From Lingula anatina (taxonomy: Eukaryota > Animalia > Brachiopoda): a stretch of 64,000 nucleotides of DNA. A program made the position numbers and the translations under genes. The DNA lies in contig CM120648.1 in the NCBI GenBank assembly GCA_051362555.1, positions 17,728,587-17,792,586 on the forward strand, in the 5' to 3' direction. Below, in pieces: positions 1 to 10,900 of this stretch. Every line of letters starts with the position of its first letter. The first letter of the stretch is position 1. The notes beneath the pieces were generated by a model. That model worked only from the letters and a program-made list of their open reading frames with translations, did not search any database and was not told the origin of the DNA.

Positions 1-578
1 TGCAGGATAAAGTGCAAGTAGACGAGTCGAAAGGTAACATATTCCTTTTTTTCTTCATATTTGTGCCGTATTGATTCAACATTTGAACCCTTCTAATACT
101 CACACACATAGTCCATAATACGTTTGCTGATTTAAACGTAATCCACCCGGTCAAAGGATGACTGTTAGGCCAAAAGAAAATTGGCGGAGACCTTTGTAAA
201 CAGGGTCGGTAGACGAATTTCAAATCTTCTTTCTGTTTTTATTTTATTTTCAACTTTTGATGTGTGTACTAGCATATTTCAAGTTTACACTGCAGGCGAT
301 TTTTAACATAAAAAAACAACTGAACTGAACTGTGACATTAAGTTTTTTTTTACTAAACTCATCAATTTTGTCTCACCCAAAGCGCATATAAGTAATTCAT
401 CTTAGACTGAACGCTAAAGGACAGTGTATTGTAACGACATAATTCTAGGTGTTCTCACCTTATAAAATTAAATGTAAAATTGAAACCGAAGTCACAAATG
501 CAATATATTGCAATTTCAATTCAAAACCCATTTCTAATGCTAGTTGTGTTTTTTGTCAAATGAGATGCTTATTTTATT

Positions 579-609
<31 letters not shown>

Positions 610-801
610 TTTTTTTTATTTTTTTTTTTTACAGAACGCCGAGCGGTAAATTCGTTTATCGCCCAGAATCGCGCCAAAAGTTTCGTGGCAGACGATACAG
701 TCAAGCGCCGCGTGAGGCGAGGATGGCCGTGGGAGGAGAGAGAGGAGAGAGAAGAAAGAGAAGAGAACCACAGAGAGTGGATTATCGGAAGAAGTGGCTA
801 A
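1..801 (+). CDS. Small secreted Glu-rich peptide precursor, copy 1 (5'-truncated by window edge)
   Basis: Exon 2 end 1..33 (QDKVQVDESK, donor GTAACA at 34). Exon 3 635..801 after polyT-ACAG acceptor: ERRAVNSFIAQNRAKSFVADDTVKRRVRR|GWPWEEREEREEREENHREWIIGRSG*. Phase-1 intron matches copy 2. AATAAA at 1210. Confidence 0.8.
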
Positions 802-1836
802 AAACACGCCAAACTTGAACCAAATATTTATTTCAAAGAAACAATCATCAATCACTAGTCGAAAATCCTGACACTCACGAATGACTGGGTATAATATTGA
901 CTTTTTGACGAAAACCAAGAAAAACGCCTCTAAAACGACCGATTCACTAAATATAATTTCAAACTTTCATCAAATTTCACAGCAGTTAATTAGGATATCA
1001 CCAAAACTGTTGAAAATTATTGAAAAATTAAGGTTTAGTTTAGTTTAGTTTATTTTACTGTAACATATGCATCCACTTGTGTGGATGAAAATGGCAATAT
1101 GAATAGGCCTACCATTTTTGTGAATATGCTATTAAACAATCACAATGAGTAAGACTAAATGTGTTATTCTCCATTAGTCGGTTTGGAGTAATCTCCACAA
1201 ATTCTGGACAATAAAAAGCTTTCAATATCGTAAAAGGAATTTCAATCATTTTGGTGGTAGAATTTTCGGGCCATTTGTAATATCGGTATGGTTCTCATTA
1301 TTTGCGTTAATGCTGCCGAGATTTAAGTACGTCCTGGTTTCTTTTCCAATTAGGGTCTATTTTAAGGTGATACAATTTAACCAAGCAAGAACAACAGTTT
1401 ATTTTTCAAGGTCAGTAAAACTTTAGATCTGGGTCGTATACATGGGTTATTATCCTCTTTGTTTTCAATTAGGATTACATTTTTTCACCGTAAACTCTTA
1501 AATTTTATCTAGGATTGATTATTTCTTATTGTATCTCGAGAATTAACTCCTTTTTCCATGTTGCAATACTGCGTCAAATATTTCCCAATGTCAAGGGTCG
1601 CAAGTGCGATATCAAGCAAATGTTTTACTAATCAAATATTTTTTTTAATAAATAAATAAATAAATGCTATTGAACAATGGTTCCTGTTACATAAATGGTA
1701 GATAGTGATTAACTCGAACATTCAGGATCTCTTCAATTATCAACGCAATGTGGCCTATTTACAAACATAATTTATTTCGCTTCAATCTATCACTCGGCGA
1801 TGGTTCGACGCATGCAAGAGTCTCAAAAGTGTTCGT

Positions 1837-2018
1837 GCGTATGTGTACTAAGTGTGTGCGTGCGTGCGTGTGTGTGTGTGTGTATGTGTACTAATTGTGT
1901 GTGTGAATGTGTGTGTGTTTGTGTAAGTGTAGGCCTGTGTGTGTGTGTGCGTGCGTGCGTGTGTGTGTGCGTATGTGTGTATGTGTGTGTATGTATGTGC
2001 GTATGTGTACTAAGCATG

Positions 2019-2049
<31 letters not shown>
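1837..2049. repeat. Compound (GT)n/(GCGT)n microsatellite
   Basis: Directly visible; explains the spurious VC- and TH-repeat ORFs. Confidence 0.95.
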
Positions 2050-2351
2050 TCACTAACATCACCCGGAGTTACAAAGGTCCTTTTTGAAGTCTCCAGACTC
2101 AAGTTAACTGATTCATGTAGTAGCGAGGTTTATGCATACAGAAACACCTCAAAATCACAGCCGAAAACAGCCCCTGTAGAACATAACTAGACCTACATAA
2201 TTGTGAAGGTCTTTGTAAAAAAATTAAATGAATTGGATAAATAAGATATGATTGGTTAAATGACTGAATGTAACTGTGCTAATTTTAGTAATGAAGTCAC
2301 ATTGTGGCCTGTTCGGTTTAATAAAGCATTTTTTTTGTAACGAGTAATGAA

Positions 2352-2405
<54 letters not shown>

Positions 2406-2638
2406 ATCGTAAAATAAACATAATTAGCCAAGCAAGCCCAAAACCCCTATGACGAAAAAAAAAAAAAATCGCACGGCGTGTTTTTTACTTGATAATGATA
2501 TTCCAATAAGATCATACGCGGCTGTTTGCTGGTTGTTTGGAATTTGCAAGGTTATGTATTCCGGATCTCAAGGGAGCGGGCCTTTAAATATCTGGCAACG
2601 TATTCTCTGACATAGTGCTGCATAAGTTTATGTGAGCG

Positions 2639-3926
2639 ATGGAGGGGAAACGCTGTACCAGAATCATATGGCTGTTGATATTGATTTTATGTTGTAAGTA
2701 CAAACGCTCCTCTGGGAGTCACGGAAATCCAAATAAGATTTATATAACTTTATCTGATTTATTGCTTCAGAATCGCAATTATCAGCAGAAGAACTGGTTT
2801 TAAGGTATTTTTTTCTTGAACAGCTGGTTGTATTATACCATGCAGTAAAACTAAGATTCATCTCAAAATGAAAAAAAAAAAAAAAAAAAAAAACACAAGC
2901 AAGATAGATCTTAAATAGCTGAGGCAGACGACAGATACAGCACTTAGTGTAAAAACAACGTAACTGCATTCGTGTTTTCATGTGTATTGCGCTGTGTTGC
3001 CCTATATTGCGCTATAGGGACCATTCTCAGACCCTATCGTACCAACTGTAGATCGATCTATCTCCATGGGGATTCTCACTAAATTGCAATCAACTAAAGC
3101 AGCTTGGAAGTCTGGCATGCCTACTGAAGCTGTTAGATGGTAATAAACTATATAGGTCTATTGTTTAGCAGCTTCAGTAGGCGTGCCAGACATCAAAGCC
3201 TCTTAAGCTGCATGAACGCAATTTAGCGTGAAACACCTTGAGGATGGATTGATATACTGTTAGATCGATCTAGTTATGGAGACCCAGTCATATATTGCGC
3301 ATATTCAGGAACACCGCAGTTGGGTTGGATTTATATTGCATGCATATTTCACATACGTTGTATCATTGTACACATTGTATCATTTACAGTTGACTGTTAC
3401 TTTCTTTAGGCAACGTTCTTGTTTCTGGGAATGAATTGCGAGATAAAATGCAAGTAGACGAGTCGAAAGGTAACATATTATTTTTTTCTTGAGGTCGACC
3501 GCAAATGAATTTTTTTTTTTTTTTGCATTTACTAAACTTAACACCCAAAGCGCGTATAACTATAAGTAATTCATCTAAGACTGAACGCTAAAGAACAGTG
3601 TCTTGTAACGACATAATTCTATGTATTCTCACCTTATAAAATTGAATAGGAAATTTAAACCGAAGTCACAAATGAAATATATTGCAATTTCAATTCAAAA
3701 AACAATTTCTGACGCTAGTTGTGTTATTTGTCAAAAAAATATGCTTATTTTCTTTACAGAGCGCCGAGCGGTAAATGCGTTTATTGCCCAGAATCGCGCC
3801 AAAAGTTTCGTGGCAGACGATACAGTTAAGCGCCGCGTGAGGCGAGGATGGCCGGGGAAAGAGAGAGAGGAGAGAGAGGAAAGAGAAGATATTCTCGAAG
3901 AGTGGGATAGCCGTAGAAGTGGCTAA
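2639..3926 (+). CDS. Small secreted Glu-rich peptide precursor, copy 2 (93 aa; putative Gla peptide)
   Basis: Exons 2639-2693 (GTAAGT donor), 3410-3469 and 3760-3926, all phase 1. They give MEGKRCTRIIWLLILILCCNVLVSG-NELRDKMQVDESKERRAVNAFIAQNRAKSFVADDTVKRRVRR-GWPGKEREEREEREDILEEWDSRRSG*: hydrophobic signal peptide, furin-type RVRR site, acidic 26-aa mature peptide. TTTAAATA at 2583, AATAAA at 4088. Confidence 0.85.
3017..3285. mobile_element. Foldback MITE family A copy (TAGATCGATCTA / CTAAATTGC motifs)
   Basis: Inverted arrangement TAGATCGATCTA..CACTAAATTGC..GCAATTTAGCGTG..TAGATCGATCTA; related copies at 6287-6960 and 13795-14053. Confidence 0.6.
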
Positions 3927-4588
3927 AAACACCTCTAAAGCGACTGATCCACTAAATATGATTTCCAACTCACACCGGATTTCATAGAAATCAATTATGA
4001 TATCAGCAAAATTGTTGAAAATTAATGAAAAATTAAATGTACTATTTTTCATAAATCGATTTGGAATACTGTCCACGAATTCTGAACAATAAAAGCTTTT
4101 AATGTCGTAAAAGGAATTTCAATCATTTTAGTGGTAGAATTTTCGGGCCATTTGTAATACCGGTATTGTTCTCATTATTTGCATTAATGCTGCCGAGATT
4201 TAGGCCCTACGTACGTCCTGGTTTCTTTTCCAAAGAAAGTCTGTTTTAAGGTTATACAATTTAATCAAGCAAAAACAACAGTTTATTTTTTCAAGGTCAG
4301 TAAAACAACAGTTTATTTTTTCAAGGTCAGTAAAACAACGGTTTATTTTTCAAGGTCAGTGAGACTATAGATCCGGATCGTATACATGGGTTATTATTCC
4401 CTTAGTTTTCAATTAGGGTTACATTTTTTCACTGTAAACTCTTAAATTTTATCAAGGCTTAATTATTTCTTATTGTATCTCGAGAATTAACTCCTTTTCC
4501 ATGTTGCAATACTGCGTCAAATATTCCTCAATGCCAAAGGTGGCACCTGCGAGAACAAACAAATATTTCACCACTCTAATATTTTTAA

Positions 4589-4627
<39 letters not shown>

Positions 4628-6286
4628 ATACTGTTGAACAATGGTTCCTGTTACATAAATGGCAGGTGGGGATTAACTCGAACACCCAGGTTCTTATAAG
4701 TTATCATCGTAATTGGACCTATTTACAAACACAATTTCTATTGTTTTCGCTTCAATTTATCATGTAAGGATCACTCGGCGATGGTTCGACGCATGCAAGA
4801 GTCTAAAAAGTACTCGTGCGTATATGTACTAAGAGTATTGTGTGTGTGTGTGTGTGTGCGCGCGCGCGCGCGCGTTTCACTTTCAGTCATTTTGGTGGTA
4901 GAATTTTGAATATTGGTCTCAAATAACGCATCAAGCTCGAAAAATAGCCCTATCACGCATTACGAAAAAGGTATTCCGTACTCTCAATTTTGGGGCCATT
5001 TGTAATATCGATATGGTTTTCATTATTTGCTTTAATGCTGCCGAGATTTACGTACGTCCTGGTTTCTTTTCCAATTAGGGCCTATTTTAAGGTTAGGCTA
5101 TAACAATTTAACCAAGCAAAAACAACAGTTTATTTTTCAAGGTCAGTGAGTCTATAGATCCGGGTCGTATATAAGGGTTATTATTCCCCTTGTTTTCAAT
5201 TAAGATTACATTTTTTCACTGTAAACTCTTAAATTTTATCAAGGCTTAATTATTAGTACTTCGTCAAATATTCCCCAAATGCCAAGAGTGGCAAGTGCGA
5301 TATCAAGCAAATATTTTACCAATTAAATATTCTTTTTAAAAATAAATAAATTAATTATTAATTAATTTATTAAAATACATAAATACTATTGAATAAAGGT
5401 TCCTGTTACATAAATGGTAGATAAGGATAAACTCGACCAACCAGGATCTCATCAGTTATCAACGCAATAGGACCTATTTACAAAACATAATTTCTATTTT
5501 TTACGCTTCAATTTATCATGTATGGTTCACTCGGCGATGGTTCGACGAATGCAATTTAAAAGTCAAAATGTGTTCGTGCGTATGTGTAGGTCTACTAAGT
5601 GTGTGTGTGTGTGTGTGTGTGTTTTCACTTACATCACCCGGAGTTTCAGAGATAACATTTGAAGAGTCCAGACACAAGTTAACTGATACATGTACTAGTG
5701 AGGTTCATGTATATCTATACCGGTAGACCTACATCTATATCTCTGCCCATGACCAGGGATCCCCGATTATGCCGGCAATTGATCAAAAACATAAATTCTT
5801 TCTTTAACCAGATTCATCCTTACTTCCAGCCCCACCCCTCACCACCTTTCAAGAAATTGAATTTACTTATTTAAAAAGTTTATCCGAGAGAAACGGAAGC
5901 AAAGCGCCAGAATTAAGCATTTTAGGCCCCTATATCCTCTCCGTGCAAACCAAGAAAATTACAAATTATGCATGCACATATATAGAAATAAAAATAAATG
6001 GCGCATATGATAGAAGGTCTTACTGTGAGTTCACGGGAAATAAAATCATCATTTCACAAATCACTAGTCGAAAATCCTTACATTGACATGCATATGTAGG
6101 CTACATGTAGGCCTATAACTGCAGGGTATAACATTGATTTCGTTTCACAAAGAGCAAACAATAAAAAGCATTATTCACGTGACCTGGGTATGGGGTGCTT
6201 CACAGATAACGCTAAAAAACGCACCTCGTGAAATAAGAAAGTGGCTTTTGTGGGTAACGAAAATTCCCAAAGGGACACTCATATGA

Positions 6287-6960
6287 GGGCATTCCCAGAG
6301 ATTAATAGGGTGCATTCCCAGAGATTTAGATCGATCCAGAGGCTTCGTTCACATGGAAAGTCTATTTTCTAAAAATCTATTTTCTATTCGCGGTATCTTA
6401 TGATCACGGTCTGTGCCCTGAATACCCCGCGGCGTAATTACTGGCAGCGCGAGCCAGTTACTTACAGGAACTTAAAGTAACTGGCTTGCGCTGATAGTAA
6501 TTACGCCGCGGGATGTTCAGGGCACAGACCGTGTTCATAAGATACCGCGAATAGAAAATAGATTTTTAGAAAATAGACTTTCCATGTGAACGAAGCCTAA
6601 GATTTAGATCGACCTAACTCCCTGGGGGTTCACGCTAAATTGCAGTCAGCCGAGCGGGCACCATAGTTAATTACCCTCTTACAGCTTTTAGTAGGCGGGA
6701 CAGACGCTTAAGCCGGCCAAGCTGACAGTAATCTAGTGAGACTCCCCACAGGGATAGATCGATCTAAAATCTATGGAAATGGGGTGTTAGATCGATCTTA
6801 CTAGATTGACCTAACTCCCTGTGGGTTCACGCTAAATTGCAGTCAGCCGACCGCGCTCGGAAGTTAATAACCCTATTACAGCTTTTAGTAGGCGGGACAG
6901 ACATTTAAGTTAGACTCTCCGCGGGAATAGATCGATCTAAAATCTCTGGGAATGCGCCCT
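6287..6960. mobile_element. Foldback MITE family A, internally duplicated, with nested insertion
   Basis: TIR GGGTGCATTCCCAGAGATTTAGATCGATC (6308) / GATCGATCTAAAATCTCTGGGAATGCGCCC (to 6959); core repeated at ~6600-6780 and ~6800-6960. Confidence 0.7.
6340..6598. mobile_element. Near-perfect 259-bp palindromic MITE nested in family A element
   Basis: AGGCTTCGTTCACATGGAAAGTCTATTTTCTAAAAATCTATTT... is mirrored by ...AAATAGATTTTTAGAAAATAGACTTTCCATGTGAACGAAGCCT; arms ~123 bp with few mismatches. No clean TSD. Confidence 0.85.
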
Positions 6961-7194
6961 TATGATGCATACAAGTGTGTACTTGTCATGTAATTTGTAA
7001 AGCTTGGACCCATTCCTTTGCGCTGAAACATCCACTGTCTGGGTAACAGGTTTTTAAACTGTTTTCTCTTATCATTGATTTGATTTTGTAATTCAAACTG
7101 GGCGAATTTCCCTTTAGGAACGTAGGAACAAATAAAAGGTAGCACAGGTATGGAGTGGGGACTGTCTTGTAAGACTGAATCCATAACGAGGCTA

Positions 7195-7202
7195 CCGGAA
7201 GT
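7195..7202 (+). promoter_or_regulatory. ETS/GABP-type site in likely RER1 promoter
   Basis: CCGGAAGT in a CpG-richer patch ~780 bp upstream of the RER1 ATG; a non-coding first exon is inferred. Confidence 0.4.
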
Positions 7203-7853
7203 GTCGGTGAGTAGAAGGTCCAACGTGGCTTAACGCAATATTGTGTGTTTTAATCACTTTCTTCACTAAAATGTGACAAAGTTACGAACTTAAAAGACGA
7301 GAATTTTGCTAAGTACGTCCATGTCCAAATTTGAGCAAATTCTTTCTGTTCTGTATGTGAGAAATACCTCTATAAGTGGTCTGGTCGAAGGTCGGACGAC
7401 TGAAAATGGCGTTTTGACAGTCGCCTGCATTCAGCATCTTACTGCCGGCAACTCAAAAAGGTTGATCTTGTTTTTTTAATCCTAACTCTTTGGATTATTA
7501 GTGGTGTTAATGCTGTGGTAGGATTTTATGGCAGAGCCCCCCTCCCCTTTGCTTTTGAACCTGGACTAAATGTAGTTGCTAACTTTGGCAAGATGCGTTT
7601 ATTAGATGGGGTGCAGCACAAATAAAAATCATCCAAGCAAGATCGAATCCTGCCATGTAATTTTCTGACGTATATCAATTGAGCTGTTTTTGCGCTTGTT
7701 TTTCCTTGTTCTATAATTGTATACAGCTGAAGATTGGTTTATTACAGCGCTTAGGAGCGTTTATGAATTGATATGGATTCATCAGCCTATATCTATCTTC
7801 CATGCCCTTTGATATTTTCATTATTATTTTGCCAGTATATATATATTTTGCCA

Positions 7854-7903
<50 letters not shown>

Positions 7904-7971
7904 CTGCAGAAAGAGTATATACTGAGAATTTTACTATTTTTTTTATTATTTTACTAGAATACATCTCCAAT

Positions 7972-10900
7972 ATGGATGAATCAGAATCAGCAGCATCTAA
8001 GCCAAATGTGGTATCACAGTTCTTTAAAAGACTTGGAGATGTGAGTACTGAACACCTGAAACTTTCCACATTATATAGTACATAACCAAGTAGGGGTGTT
8101 TTATGTTGTGAAATAAGTGGTAAAAGTGGCACACTGAAGAGAATAATAAATGGTGAAGTGAATGGTTGAAAGGTCATGTCTTGTAGCCTGAAGTCAAATT
8201 ACATTTATCATGAGTGATTTATTTTGTGAAAGGTATGAATACATCTTATAAATTGTATATCTATATTTAGTATTGTGAATATATTCATCTATTTATTTTA
8301 GGCTCCAAATAAAGAATTGAATTCATTTGAAAAAAAATCACGCGGTTGTGGATTAAGAAATAGGGAATTTTTGCTGCACTGGTATTTGAGAAAATATGAA
8401 TATTTTTTTTTTGTTTTGTTTTGTTTTTCTTAAGTGACCAAATTAGTTTTTCTTTCAGATATATCAAAAATTTTTGGATAATTTAACCCCCCACACAGCA
8501 GTTAGATGGGCTGCGACGTCTTTAATAGCTGTACTGTATGGCTTAAGGGTATTTCTTTTAAAGGTATGTCTATAATTTCAAATAATTATGAAATTCTTCC
8601 CAGGGGTAATGTTTAAAGAGAGGGCAGGAGCATTTTACTTATGTGTGTCAAAATTTTATAGTTATTGTACCACCAGCGTTAGCGCTGGCGGTACACATGG
8701 TTTTAGTCCCGTCCGGTCCGTTCCGCCGGCTCCTGCGGCTCCGCCGCCATGTCATCGTTACCGCTTCTCCTCCTAGACGGTAAGGGCCCCTATACCCATC
8801 TCTTGGATTTAGGTCACCTATAATCTCAACTCGTTCCACGTAAAATTTGGGCTTTGTCGGTATTGGGGTCTAGGTGTGGCATTCATTGCAATGCACCCTT
8901 GTCCAAAAATGGCAAAATTAAATGCTAATTATCTACCCTACGGAAGGAATTATGGGAAAAATTTCTACAGACGGCTTTCCAAAAGTCATATGTGTAGATT
9001 TCAAATATGCCCTTGGATTTGACCTTTGACCTTAATTTCAAGGTCAAACAGGCCAAATTTTTCAAAAAAATGAATTTTTTTACGAAAAAAAAATTATTTG
9101 CGCTGTTATTCAGACACCACACAGACTTAACCAATAATATTATTGGAAAATGATACCCTTCAGGTCATCTTTCATCTCCGTGAATTTGGGGTCAATCAGT
9201 GCATTTTAACGGGAGTAGCGGCCATAAGATACCGAAACTGAAAACTGTCTCTAATTCGGGAACCGTTAATGCTAGAGACCCATTCTTTTTTGCATTTTGT
9301 AGAGCATGTAAAGCCCAACACTGGAGGTGGTCTCCGTTTTTTTGTATTCCATACAGTTTTCGAGCTACGCTGTATCAAAAAGTACATATTGGTGGTGAAA
9401 GCAAAATGTGCAGTACGGTAATGGATAATAAATTTTGAACTCTGGAAAAATAAAACATAAGGCTTGGCAAAGCAGATAACTTGTGGTCAAAAATGACATT
9501 ATTTCATCAAATTTGAACTTCTGGAACTTCAGAGCACCTCCCATTTCAAGAATTTCGACCAAAATGACCTTTTCTTTATTTTAATTAATTTTTTCTGTAG
9601 GAAATTTATGGCACATTAAGGTAACTCCAAAATTATAACATTAAGTCATATACTGGCAATCTAAATGTGACCTTGAAATTGACCTTTGACCTAATTTTCA
9701 CCATGAACTGAACTTTGCAAATTTTGCTTCCCTTTTATCTCCAAAACTGGCAGAGATAGGTCCATAGTTTCTATTGAACTTGAATATGAAGTCATATACT
9801 GGCAATCTAAATGTGACCTTGAAATTGACCTTTGACCTACTTTTCACCATGAACTGAACTTTGAAATTTTGCTTCCCTTTTATCTCCAAAACTGGCAGAG
9901 ATAGGTCCATAGTTACTATTGAAGTTGAATAGGAAGTCATATACTGGCAATCTAAATGTGACCTTGAAATTGACCTTTGACCTACTTTTCACCATGAACT
10001 GAACTCTGCTAATTTCTTTCTCTTTTAACTCCAAACCTGGCAGAGATAGGTCCATAGTTACTATTGAAGTTGAATAGGAAGTCATATACTGGCAATCTTA
10101 CTGTGACCTTGAAATTGACCTTTGACCTACTTTTCACCATGAACTGAACTTTGCAAATTTTGCTTCCCTTTTATCTCCAAAACTGGATAGGTCCATAGTT
10201 TTTATTGAACTTGAATAGGAAGTCATATACTGGCACATATTGGTGGTGAAAACAAAATGTGCAGTACTGTAATGGATAATAAATTTTGAACTCCGGAAAA
10301 ATAAAACATAAGGCTTGGCAAAGCAGACAACTTGTGGTCAAAAATGACATTATTTCATCAAATTTGAACATCTGGAACTTCAGAACACCTCTTATTTCAA
10401 GAATTTTGACCAAAATGACCTTTTCTTTATTTTAATTAATTTTTTTCTGTAGGAAATTTATGGCACATTATGGTAACTCCAAAATTAAAACATTTAGTCC
10501 CTTATATCTCCAAAACTGGCAGAGATAGGTCCATAGTTACTATTGAAGTTGAATAGGAAGTCATATACTGGCAATTTTACTGTGACCTTGAAATTGACCT
10601 TTGACCTACTTTTCACCATGAACTGAACTTTGCATATTTTTCTTCCCTTTTATCTACAAAACTGGCAGAGATAGGTCCATAGTTACTATTGAACTTGAAT
10701 AAGAAGTCAGAGATAGGTCCATAGTTTCTATTGAACTTGCATGGAAAGTCATATACTGGCAATCTAAGTGTGACCTTGAAATTGACCTTTGACCTACTTT
10801 TTATCATGAATTGAACTTTGCAAATTTTGGTTCCCTTTTATCTCCAAAACTGGCAGAGATAGGTCCATAGTTTCTATTGAACTTGCATGGAAAGTCATAT

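Larger units (their letters stand above)
1..5710. repeat. Tandem segmental duplication carrying the peptide genes
   Basis: 1-~1860 is homologous to ~3440-4860. The ~700-bp downstream block occurs three times (~1180-1860, ~4075-4860, ~4880-5710), e.g. shared GGGCCATTTGTAATA, CAAGGTCAGT, CACTCGGCGATGGTTCGACG. Confidence 0.9.

Noticed and set aside
1800-2087. Cys/Val-rich and Thr/His-rich ORFs
   Set aside because: Translations of a (GT)n microsatellite.
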